Shown piece by piece: positions 8,794 to 17,637 of a stretch of 64,000 nucleotides of DNA. This stretch comes from an uncultured bacterium (GTDB lineage: Bacteria; Patescibacteriota; Minisyncoccia; UBA6257; 2-01-FULL-56-20). The stretch spans positions 232,306 through 296,305 of the forward strand of contig OY970126.1 in NCBI GenBank assembly GCA_963705915.1. The letters are read 5' to 3'. A program made the translations under genes and the position numbers. Every line of letters begins with the position of its first letter. The first letter of the stretch is position 1. The notes under the pieces were generated by a model that ran no database searches, was not told the origin of the DNA, and was given only the letters and a program-made list of their open reading frames with translations.

Positions 8794-10038
8794 ATGAAGC
8801 TCAGCGATTCAATTAAATCAGCGCAAGCGACGCTCAAGCACGGCAAAACCCGTTCGTTTCTTACCATGCTTGGCATCGTGATCGGCATCGCATCGGTGAT
8901 TATTCTCATGTCGATCGGCCAATCGGCACAGGATCTCATTTTGAATCAGGTGCAAGGCATCGGTTCGAATCTTATTTTCATTCTTCCTGGCGGCACGAAT
9001 GGTAAATTTCAATCCCCTGCTGCGGCGCAAGGCGTTGTGATCAAGACGCTCGTGCAAAGTGACGTCGATGCATTGTCGCGCGAGCCTTCGATCAGCGGTG
9101 TCGCACCGATCGTGAACGGCCAAGCGAATGCAGTCTATGGCGACAACAACCTGAGCGTTACCTATCAGGGTGTCACAGGCAATTTCTTTGCTATGCGTAA
9201 TTATACCGTCGTAAACGGCTTTCCATTCACCGATCAGGACGTGGACGCCTATAACGACGTTGCCGTGATCGGAAGCGACCTTGCAACAACACTCTTTGGC
9301 CCGAACATTAATCCAGTCGGCAAAGATTTTCGGCTGGGCAATATCACCTATCGTGTTGATGGTGTCTTGAAGCCAATGGGTATTGGGCCTGGCGGCGTGA
9401 ATCAGGACGACTTGGTGCTCATCCCGATCACCGTCGCGCAGAGCCAGATGCTTGGCATTAACTATTTTCAGTATGTTCTCGTCGAGGCGAATCCTGATTA
9501 CAATATTTCATTCGTGACATCGCGGATTGAGTCTGTGCTTGAACAGGATCACGGCATCACCGACCCCTCGCAGGATGATTTTACCATCGAAACACAGCAG
9601 GATGTATTGGCGATTCTTGGCAGCATCACATCAATCCTCACGATTTTCCTTACCGCAATCGCTTCGATATCGCTTGTCGTAGGAGGTATTGGCATCATGA
9701 ATATCATGCTTGTATCGGTTATCGAACGTACCCGAGAAATCGGATTGCGAAAAGCCGTCGGCGCAACCGATGGCGATATCATGCAGCAATTCCTTGTCGA
9801 GTCCGTAATGCTTACGTTTGTCGGCGGCATTATCGGCATTGCCATTGGCGCTATATTTGTGACGCTTGTCTATCTCGTCCTCGTGCATTTCACGACCGTT
9901 GCATGGGTATTCGCCTTCCCACTTTCAGCGGTCATTATTGCGGTCGTTGTTTCAACGGCGACCGGTATCGGTTTTGGTATCTATCCGGCCCGCCAAGCAG
10001 CGCGCAAAAGCCCGATTGATGCGCTTCGCTACGAATAA
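8794..10038 (+). CDS. MacB/FtsX-like ABC permease
   Basis: RSFLTMLGIVIGIASV; GGIGIMNIMLVSVIERTREIGLRKAVGA; C-terminal PIDALRYE. Confidence 0.92.
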   Translation: MKLSDSIKSAQATLKHGKTRSFLTMLGIVIGIASVIILMSIGQSAQDLILNQVQGIGSNLIFILPGGTNGKFQSPAAAQGVVIKTLVQSDVDALSREPSISGVAPIVNGQANAVYGDNNLSVTYQGVTGNFFAMRNYTVVNGFPFTDQDVDAYNDVAVIGSDLATTLFGPNINPVGKDFRLGNITYRVDGVLKPMGIGPGGVNQDDLVLIPITVAQSQMLGINYFQYVLVEANPDYNISFVTSRIESVLEQDHGITDPSQDDFTIETQQDVLAILGSITSILTIFLTAIASISLVVGGIGIMNIMLVSVIERTREIGLRKAVGATDGDIMQQFLVESVMLTFVGGIIGIAIGAIFVTLVYLVLVHFTTVAWVFAFPLSAVIIAVVVSTATGIGFGIYPARQAARKSPIDALRYE

Positions 10039-10044
10039 AAAAAC

Positions 10045-10353
10045 CTAGCCTTCTTCCTCTTTGTCCTCGCTTTCCGCCATTTTATCGAGGCTTTTTTTCG
10101 CGATAATCTTCATGTCCCGCTGAATTCGGTCCCATGCGTTTTTCATCTCTTTGCCGGCACGGATCACGTCTTTGATGGCTTGCTTTCGGGCGGCGCGGAT
10201 ATCATCGCCGTCGTCAAAAGTCCCATCTTCAGCTTGGGCTGCCGTCCGCATTTTTTCTTTCATGAGTACATAGGTCGCGCCCATACCAGCGACGGCACCG
10301 ATTGCCATCAAGCCTACCCCGATTTTTAAAGCTGATTTTATTGGATTAAGCAT
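10045..10353 (-). CDS. hypothetical protein, single TM plus charged helix
   Basis: Gly/Ala-rich hydrophobic N-terminus, then K/D/E-rich helix; start uncertain. Confidence 0.6.
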   Translation of the reverse strand: MLNPIKSALKIGVGLMAIGAVAGMGATYVLMKEKMRTAAQAEDGTFDDGDDIRAARKQAIKDVIRAGKEMKNAWDRIQRDMKIIAKKSLDKMAESEDKEEEG

Positions 10354-10403
10354 GCATTGTACTACGCGCAAAATCCGCTTAATCTTTCATCAATCTCTAC
10401 AGA

Positions 10404-12128
10404 TCATTCTCCGGCATTCAGCGCCGCACGTGTTGAAGGGCCTACGTATCCTGCTGGATCGATGCCGTGGGCTGTCTGATATTTTTCAACCGCCTCTTCG
10501 GTGAGCGCGCCATAATATCCGGTGACGGGACCGCTGTAGAAACCTTTTTGCAAAAGATATTGCTGGAGGGCTGTCACTTGGCCGTCTTCAGATCCCACGC
10601 TTAGGAATTCTGTAAATGTGTCGGAATTTGAACTTATGGCCGTGTCGGTGTTCGTTCCGATATTTTGCGATGCATCACTCGCGAGTTGGGTTAAGGTCGT
10701 TGCCATCGTTTGGATTTGCGAAACGATTTGAGCGAGTTGGCTTTGCATGGATTGGATGGCCGCGAGAAGCGACTCGTCAGCGTTGGTTGATGTGATCGAG
10801 GTCGATTGGGCGTTCACGGTGACGTAGAGTGTGCCGCATCCGCCGCCTGTGACGCAGACGACGATAGAATCTGAGCCGGCATTCTCTCCGTAAAGTGAGA
10901 TGCTCGATCCGTTGACCGTTGGTTGTGCGATATTTGAGTTTTCGTTCGATGACACGTAATAACTTCCGCCTCCCGAGAGCGATATATTGGATGTTTCCCC
11001 GACGGCGAGCGATGGGTTGGTAATACCAAAAGTAACGTTGCCCGTGACCGACGAAGATCCGACGTTGACTGTGAGGGTTCCGCAGCCGTTGGACGTTGAG
11101 CAGATAGTTACGGATGTTGACCCGTCGGTTATCGCTGAAACCGCGAGCGAAGTGTCGTTGAGTGATAACGAAGCGACGGAGGGGTTTGAGTTGCCAGTAA
11201 TGTAATATCCCGAGCCGCCGGAAATGGTTTCGTTGATGATTTGACCAATCGTCATGGATGGATTTGGTTCGCTGAAGTAGATTGATCCGCTCGTTGATCC
11301 GACATTACCGATCGTGACGTAGAGCGTGGCGCAATTACCGTTATTGTCGCAGACGGTCACATCGGCGTTACCGGTCTCAAGGGGCGAAATACTGATTGAG
11401 TTTCCACTCAAAACTGCCGACATGACGCTTGGGTTTGAATTACTTGTTATGGAATACGTGCCGGAGCCGCCGGAAACAGTAATGGTTGTTCCCTGCCCGA
11501 TCGCGACCGAGAGATTATTTTGGCTGAAGGTTAATACGCTGGCGGTTTGGACGTTTACGGATAGATTGGCACAATCTGATCCGGTTCCGGTATAACAGAC
11601 TCCTAAATTGGTCGAACCAATTTGTTCACCCGTAACCGTGATTTGGGTACCATTTGTCTGCGCCGTCGCCGCCGAAGGGTTCGAATTGGTTGCAATGTAT
11701 ACCGCAGCCGAACTGCCCTGCGAGTAAGCGCTTGCGGACTGGCCAAGGCCAACCGTCAGGGAGGTTTCATTAAGCGTCGGAGTTCCCGTGGGTGATGGCC
11801 AAGTTTGCATGTCTGATTGTGCACCGTCCACGACAACGTAAACAGATTGGCCAGCGTTGATGTTATATGAACCGGCGTTAAGCGTTGTTGAAAAGTATCC
11901 GCTTGAGTTTGTTGTGCCAAGCGTCATGGTCTGCATGCCGCTCGCGCTCGCGACATTATAATAAAACATCACGGTCGCATTGGGGTCGGCGGAAATCGAC
12001 ACGTTTACCGAACCGCCACCAGCACTCGAAAGTGACAGTGTCGGGGTTACAGCCGCGTAGGTCGGCAAGGCAACGATAGCCGCGATTACTATTGCTGCGC
12101 CGATAACGTTGATCGCAGTAGATTTCAT
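10404..12128 (-). CDS. secreted Ig-like repeat protein with C-terminal peptidoglycan-binding domain
   Basis: Signal peptide; four ~80-aa repeats (SNSNPS..C-x4-7-C); C-terminal VTALQQYL..GYYGALTEEAVEKYQ..G..GYVGPSTRAALN (PG_binding_1-like). Confidence 0.8.
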   Translation of the reverse strand: MKSTAINVIGAAIVIAAIVALPTYAAVTPTLSLSSAGGGSVNVSISADPNATVMFYYNVASASGMQTMTLGTTNSSGYFSTTLNAGSYNINAGQSVYVVVDGAQSDMQTWPSPTGTPTLNETSLTVGLGQSASAYSQGSSAAVYIATNSNPSAATAQTNGTQITVTGEQIGSTNLGVCYTGTGSDCANLSVNVQTASVLTFSQNNLSVAIGQGTTITVSGGSGTYSITSNSNPSVMSAVLSGNSISISPLETGNADVTVCDNNGNCATLYVTIGNVGSTSGSIYFSEPNPSMTIGQIINETISGGSGYYITGNSNPSVASLSLNDTSLAVSAITDGSTSVTICSTSNGCGTLTVNVGSSSVTGNVTFGITNPSLAVGETSNISLSGGGSYYVSSNENSNIAQPTVNGSSISLYGENAGSDSIVVCVTGGGCGTLYVTVNAQSTSITSTNADESLLAAIQSMQSQLAQIVSQIQTMATTLTQLASDASQNIGTNTDTAISSNSDTFTEFLSVGSEDGQVTALQQYLLQKGFYSGPVTGYYGALTEEAVEKYQTAHGIDPAGYVGPSTRAALNAGE

Positions 12129-12175
12129 CCCTTTATGCGTGATATACGCACGTTCTGCTGAAAAGGGTGCATACA

Positions 12176-13372
12176 TTAGGGTTGATTACGTAATTCGAGC
12201 CGTAGGACGGCTTGCTGCTTTTCCCGGTTCGTCAGTTTTGTTTTTCTTACGGCGTCACCTAGGATGTGGATCGTTTCATCATAGGTTTTCCGGTCAACCA
12301 TATACGGCGTCCCATCTTTGCCACCATGAGCAAAACTGTAGCGGGCTGGATCCTCGTAGGACGGCGTTGCGCCGTAGATCACTTCGCCGACGAGTGCGAG
12401 CGCTCGAACAGTTTTGGGCCCGACGCCCTGGAGCGCAACGAGTTCTTCGTAGGTTTTTGGTTTATGGTCTGTTATCGTGCTCAGAATTTTTTCTAAATAG
12501 CTGCTTTTGTTGAAGTCATCATGGATGACTGGATGATATTTGAATTCGCGCGATTCGAGATTGAGAAGGGTGAGTTGCTGTCCTGAGCCATTTTTGACTG
12601 ACACCATTTGATTGAGAGGTGTTGAATATTTTCTGAGGAGTTGAATGTCTTTTATGAGGGTTGCATAGCCCGACCGTGCGAGTTCGGTTGATATTTCACG
12701 AGTCTTCTCGCTCCCTTTTGCGGTAAGGTCGAGGACGGTTTTCATAATGACGGGCGAACTGATCGCCGCGTGTGGTTCGTCCACGAGGTCGTGGATGTCT
12801 TCCGAAAACCAATGATATCGCCGTGCCGATTTTTTTTCGGCGTTCATCCCCTGTTGCACCACCGCCCACGATCCCGGCTCCTTTCGCCCGGTTTTGGCGT
12901 CACGGCGCACCGAAAAGAAAAATGCGTGATGGTAAAGTTGGAAGCCGTCTTGAACAAGGGCGCTGTCTACTTTGGCGCTCATCTTTGAGTTATAGATAAG
13001 GTTTTCTGCGTGCGTTGTTGGAAGCGACAATCGTTCGCTCCAGGTCCGAATTTCATCGGGTGTTTTCCGCGACGTTTTCCCTTTTCCGCCGCAAATGAAT
13101 ATGCCGAGGTCTTGTTCCTGACTGCGGATGGCTTCTTTGAGGGCTGCGGTGAGAATCGTTGTGAGGCCCGATGCGTTCCAGTCGAATGCGAGTACCGTGC
13201 CAAGCGACTGAAACCAAACCGGGTCGGCTATCCGTTTCACAAATTCATCCGGCCCGTATTCAGCCACAAGCACTTGCACCATTTCTCGCCCGAGCTTAAC
13301 CATGCGCTCGAAAAGCCACGGCGGACAATGTCCCCCGTCGAGCCCGAATGACGCAACGCCTCGATGGATCAT
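12176..13372 (-). CDS. DUF763 family protein
   Basis: DPVWFQSLG..DWNASG, GGKG, AKVDSALVQDGFQLYHH, WAVVQQGMN, HhH GVGPKT, FAHGGKDG motifs. Confidence 0.85.
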   Translation of the reverse strand: MIHRGVASFGLDGGHCPPWLFERMVKLGREMVQVLVAEYGPDEFVKRIADPVWFQSLGTVLAFDWNASGLTTILTAALKEAIRSQEQDLGIFICGGKGKTSRKTPDEIRTWSERLSLPTTHAENLIYNSKMSAKVDSALVQDGFQLYHHAFFFSVRRDAKTGRKEPGSWAVVQQGMNAEKKSARRYHWFSEDIHDLVDEPHAAISSPVIMKTVLDLTAKGSEKTREISTELARSGYATLIKDIQLLRKYSTPLNQMVSVKNGSGQQLTLLNLESREFKYHPVIHDDFNKSSYLEKILSTITDHKPKTYEELVALQGVGPKTVRALALVGEVIYGATPSYEDPARYSFAHGGKDGTPYMVDRKTYDETIHILGDAVRKTKLTNREKQQAVLRLELRNQP

Positions 13373-13410
13373 ATGCCTATTATACTGCCTGGAACGACAG
13401 AAGGGCCGAG

Positions 13411-14013
13411 CTATAAAGCCCTGATGTCTGCGATAAGCTCAGGAAATACGTCTTGATTGAAGTGTCCGCGATCACGAAATGTCCTTGCTGTGGCTCCCGG
13501 GAACTTGGATTGGAATTTCTTGAAATTGGCAAACGGAGTCACTGGGTCGTCTTCGCTGTGGTACAGCGTTATATCTGGAGCTTGTTGCGATACCAAAGAA
13601 AGACTGCCCTGTAAAACAAAATCAGCGAGTGAATCTTCGGCGGTGCTTTCAAAACAAGGAGCAATCAAAAATAATCCTAAAACTTTTTTAGGCATGGCAT
13701 TTTCTGATAAATATTTTATGAGGAATGTCCCGCCAAGCGAGTGGCCGACAAGAATAATCTCCGGCTCAAGATAGGGAATAAATTTTTCAAACCAGATTTT
13801 CCATTCGACATATTTTGCGTTGGCTTTGTCTGGCATATCGGGCGCAATCACTTCGTAGCCAGTACCAAGTTTTTCGCCGAGCGTCCGTTTCCAGCCGGGC
13901 TTCGAGACTCGATAGCGCTCGAAGTCGATTTGGAAATCCTTTAAAAATGCCAAATAGCTCGCGTAGGTATCAAACGTATCGCCCCCGTGGATTACGACAA
14001 CCTGATGCTTCAT
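13411..14013 (-). CDS. RBBP9/YdeN family alpha/beta hydrolase
   Basis: IHGG, nucleophile GHSLG, HSEDDP, GHF. Confidence 0.85.
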   Translation of the reverse strand: MKHQVVVIHGGDTFDTYASYLAFLKDFQIDFERYRVSKPGWKRTLGEKLGTGYEVIAPDMPDKANAKYVEWKIWFEKFIPYLEPEIILVGHSLGGTFLIKYLSENAMPKKVLGLFLIAPCFESTAEDSLADFVLQGSLSLVSQQAPDITLYHSEDDPVTPFANFKKFQSKFPGATARTFRDRGHFNQDVFPELIADIRAL

Positions 14014-14021
14014 GAGGGTAG

Positions 14022-15098
14022 TTAAAAGAATCCTCGCACGTCACGAATCGTGATCAGTATCATGAGGGTGATGAGGAGGGCAAAGCCGATCCCGTTCACG
14101 TACGTCTCGATTTTTTCCGGAATCGCCGACCCTTTTATTTTTTCGATAATGATCATGACGAACCGTCCCCCGTCGAGTGCTGGGAATGGAATTAAATTTA
14201 CGATGGCGAGGTTGATTGATATGACGCCGATCAATTGAAGAAGATAGGTCATGCCAATTTTCCCTGTTTCTTCTGCGACGCCAAATATACCGACGGGGCC
14301 GACAACGCCGGCAGGGATCGTAGCGTGGACAAAAAGCTGTTGGATAAGCTGTCCAAACGCCTGGAGCGTCAACCAAAAGATGATTGCTGCGTCGAGAAGG
14401 CCGTCGTAGAGCGCGCTCAGGGGTGGTTCGCGCGGCGTGCCACCTTGCTCAAGAAGAACACCTAAGGCGCCCTCGCCTGCAGGTGGATTCATGCGCGGCG
14501 TGACCGCCACGTCGACTTCCTTGCCGTTGCGAAGCACGGGGATGGTGACTTGTCGCCCTTCGTGGGAGTTCACAAAATTTATAAAGCTTTGCGTGTCCTT
14601 ATAATTCATCACAATATCCCCTGCGGCGATCCCCGCTTGTGACGCCGGTGAATTGGGTTCGGTCCCTGTGATGACGACCGTCTGCGGCGAACCGATCATG
14701 AGCACGATTGAAATAAAAATCCAGCCAAGGATGAAATTCATGACGATACCGGCAAGAATAATAAGCGATTTTTTCCAAGCTGGCTGGCTGAAAAAAAGTC
14801 TCTTTGTGTCGTCCTTGGCTTCATTGTCGGCGGCAGGTTGAACGGCTCCATCCTTTTTTAATTCATCTTGCATGGCAAACTCTCCTCGTTCACCCGAGAT
14901 GCGCACAAAGCCGCCAAATGGCAGCCAGTTCAGGCTATATTCGGTGTCGCCCTTCTTTTTTGCAAATATGCGCGGCGGGAATCCAAAACCAAATTCATCA
15001 ACTTTGAGTCCAAAAAGTTTTGCAACAAAAAAATGGCCAGCTTCGTGGCCAAGGATTAGGAGTGAAAGACCGATGATAACAAGTATGGCGATGAGCAT
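14022..15098 (-). CDS. rseP: RIP metalloprotease RseP (M50) with PDZ domain
   Basis: HEAGH, GFGFPP, LPFGGFV, NLIPFPALDGG. Confidence 0.9.
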   Translation of the reverse strand: MLIAILVIIGLSLLILGHEAGHFFVAKLFGLKVDEFGFGFPPRIFAKKKGDTEYSLNWLPFGGFVRISGERGEFAMQDELKKDGAVQPAADNEAKDDTKRLFFSQPAWKKSLIILAGIVMNFILGWIFISIVLMIGSPQTVVITGTEPNSPASQAGIAAGDIVMNYKDTQSFINFVNSHEGRQVTIPVLRNGKEVDVAVTPRMNPPAGEGALGVLLEQGGTPREPPLSALYDGLLDAAIIFWLTLQAFGQLIQQLFVHATIPAGVVGPVGIFGVAEETGKIGMTYLLQLIGVISINLAIVNLIPFPALDGGRFVMIIIEKIKGSAIPEKIETYVNGIGFALLITLMILITIRDVRGFF

Positions 15099-15137
15099 GT
15101 ACACCTATAATACCACGAAAGCGCCCGATTGGGTTCG

Positions 15138-15698
15138 CTATTCACCGAGCTCTCCGAGCTTGACGTTCACCATCCCTTCAACGTCGCCATTCGCCTTCTC
15201 GGTGGCTTTTTGGATTTTATCCTTGCCTTTAAATGCGTCGTCTTCGGTTATCGATTTACTACCCTCCGCATCCTTCAGGCGTTTGATGGCGTCTTCGCGC
15301 TTGGCGCGCACCTGAATGCGCGCTGCCTCGGCAGTTTTTTTGACAACCTTTGTGAGTTCGTCTCGACGTTCGTTGCCGAGCGGTGATAGCATCGCCCGAA
15401 TATTGTTGCCATCATTCGTTGTTGAAAGGCCGAGATGGGCATTGTCGATCGCCTTCATAACCGCACCAAGTGCGCCGGGATCCCAAACGGTGATTTGGAT
15501 CGTTCGAGGCGGAAGGACAGAGAGCGATCCAAGTTCGCGAATCGAAAGATTTTGGTCGTACAGGCTCACCCGCAGATTTTCGAGCATTTCAACCGAAGGA
15601 CGGTTGCCGCGAATCTGCCCAAGCTCCTGTTTGAGTTTTTGCGTGACGCTCAAGAGCGACGCTTCGAGGTCTTTAATAATTTGTTCTGACAGTGTCAT
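15138..15698 (-). CDS. frr: ribosome recycling factor
   Basis: IRGNRPS, NDGNNIR, ERRDEL.K.VKK.AE.ARIQVR. Confidence 0.9.
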   Translation of the reverse strand: MTLSEQIIKDLEASLLSVTQKLKQELGQIRGNRPSVEMLENLRVSLYDQNLSIRELGSLSVLPPRTIQITVWDPGALGAVMKAIDNAHLGLSTTNDGNNIRAMLSPLGNERRDELTKVVKKTAEAARIQVRAKREDAIKRLKDAEGSKSITEDDAFKGKDKIQKATEKANGDVEGMVNVKLGELGE

Positions 15699-15701
15699 AG
15701 G

Positions 15702-16571
15702 TTAAGCAGCAAGTAATGCCTCAAGTTGTAATCGTGGGTTCAAGCCAAAATTATTAGCGTTCCCGTAGAGTTCAAGGGTCCGATGCCAAAGAACCGTTCG
15801 GGTTTTGGATGGCTTTGTCCAGGCAAGGTTTATTATAACCGAATCGAGGAAGATGCGTAAATTGAAATCATCCGGGTCAATGATTTTTTTTATGAGATCC
15901 TTTCGACCCGCTTGAGGCGCTTTGAGATATTTTTCGGCGAGTTCAAGATTCTTCTGGAGTGCTTTGTCATGCAACAACCGATACGCAAGGCCTGGTTTTC
16001 CGAGCGCCTGCTTGGCGAGTGATGCCGCTTTTGCTTTCGTGAGGCCCTGGCCTCGAGTCAGCCATTTTTCGACCTCGTCGTCTTTTACGGGGCTAAAATA
16101 GATTTTTGGGAGACGGGAAACAATCGTCGGTAAAATACTTTCAATATCAGAGGTTACGAGGATGAGAAGTGCAGACGTCGGAGGCTCTTCGGTGACTTTG
16201 AGGAGTGCGTTCTGCGCTTCGGTTGTGAGGAGTTCGGCCTCGTCGATAATGAGTGTCCGTCGGGCGCTCACTGCCGGCTTTTGCCAGAGGAAATTTTTTA
16301 TTTCGCGTGCTGCATCAATGCCGATAGAGTCTTTAGCGGTCGAGTCGAGCTGCTTCATGGAGGCAAGGTTGATGATTTTCGCGTCTTGAAGGACTGAATT
16401 TTCGGCGGCTGGCTCAAATGTTTTTGTCTCTAAAAAGTTTGCGAGGCCCGAGGCAAATGTTCGCTTTCCTATCATCGCTGGGCCGTAAAAAATATAGCCG
16501 TGGCCGAGCGCCCCGTTTTTGAGTAATTTTTTGAAATCAGCTTGGGCAGCTTCGTGCCCCACAATTTCCAT
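15702..16571 (-). CDS. holB: DNA polymerase III delta' subunit
   Basis: HGYIFYGP..IGK, IGIDAAR, EAQNALLKVTEEP, LPTIVSR. Confidence 0.85.
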   Translation of the reverse strand: MEIVGHEAAQADFKKLLKNGALGHGYIFYGPAMIGKRTFASGLANFLETKTFEPAAENSVLQDAKIINLASMKQLDSTAKDSIGIDAAREIKNFLWQKPAVSARRTLIIDEAELLTTEAQNALLKVTEEPPTSALLILVTSDIESILPTIVSRLPKIYFSPVKDDEVEKWLTRGQGLTKAKAASLAKQALGKPGLAYRLLHDKALQKNLELAEKYLKAPQAGRKDLIKKIIDPDDFNLRIFLDSVIINLAWTKPSKTRTVLWHRTLELYGNANNFGLNPRLQLEALLAA

Positions 16572-16578
16572 AGGCTCA

Positions 16579-17586
16579 CTATCGTTTATTCAGGAGCGTT
16601 CGCTTATACGTGTCGAGGTGGTTTAAGATAAGGCCGGTTCCTTTTGCCACGCAGAAAAGCGGGTCTTCGGCGAGATAGGCTTGGACACCGAGAAAGCGTT
16701 CGAGAAATTCTGGCAAATGATGGAGTTGGACGCTGCCGCCGGAAAGGATAATCCCTTTTTCCATGATGTCTGCGACAAGTTCAGGGGGCGTCACGTTAAA
16801 AACATTTTGGATGGAGGTCGCGATTTCAACGAGTAACGGATTGAGAGCTTCGGCAATTTCATTTGAATTCAAAATAATATCTTTTGGTAGGCCGGTCACG
16901 AGGTCGCGTCCCCTGATTTGATATTCCATCTTTTCCTTTGTTGGCATTGCGGAGCCGATCTCAATCTTCACTTGTTCGGCCGTTTGCTCGCCGATCGCGA
17001 GGGAATATTTCTTCTTTACATAATCCATAATTGCCTGGTCGAACTTGTTACCGGCAATACGCAAGCTGTTCCATGAGACGATATTTCCGAGCGCGATCAC
17101 GGCTTGTTCGGATGTACCGCCGCCAATGTTGATGATCATGTTGCCTGAGCGCGCGTTGATTGGAATGCCGGCGCCGAGTGCCGCAAGGATCGGTTCGCGG
17201 ACGATAAACGCGCTTCCTGCGCCCGCTTCTCGCGCAGCGTTCATCACGGCGCGACGCTCGGTTTGTGTAATGCCGGCAGGAACCGAAATCACAACGTCCG
17301 GTTTCATCACGTTGAACCAGCCCGACGCTTTTGAAATAAAGTACGTGAGCATGGCCTTCGTAATGTAGTAATCAGCGATGACACCATCTTTGAGCGGCCG
17401 GTATGCAACGATTTCATCGGGTGTCCGGCCGATCATCTCCTTCGCTTCGGCGCCCACCGCAAGTACGGTATTGTCCGGCCGCGTTAGAGCCACAATCGTC
17501 GGTTCATTGATGATAAAGCCTTTTCCGGGAACAAAAACGACCGTGTTAGCCGTCCCCAAGTCGATGCCGATTTTTTTCCCGAACAT
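16579..17586 (-). CDS. mreB: rod shape-determining protein MreB
   Basis: IGIDLGTANT, RPLKDGVIAD, NIGGGTSE, GIILSGG. Confidence 0.95.
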   Translation of the reverse strand: MFGKKIGIDLGTANTVVFVPGKGFIINEPTIVALTRPDNTVLAVGAEAKEMIGRTPDEIVAYRPLKDGVIADYYITKAMLTYFISKASGWFNVMKPDVVISVPAGITQTERRAVMNAAREAGAGSAFIVREPILAALGAGIPINARSGNMIINIGGGTSEQAVIALGNIVSWNSLRIAGNKFDQAIMDYVKKKYSLAIGEQTAEQVKIEIGSAMPTKEKMEYQIRGRDLVTGLPKDIILNSNEIAEALNPLLVEIATSIQNVFNVTPPELVADIMEKGIILSGGSVQLHHLPEFLERFLGVQAYLAEDPLFCVAKGTGLILNHLDTYKRTLLNKR

Positions 17587-17637
17587 AGGACTGATTTTAT
17601 CTAAATTTAAGAAAAAAGAAAAGGCTTAAACCCAACG

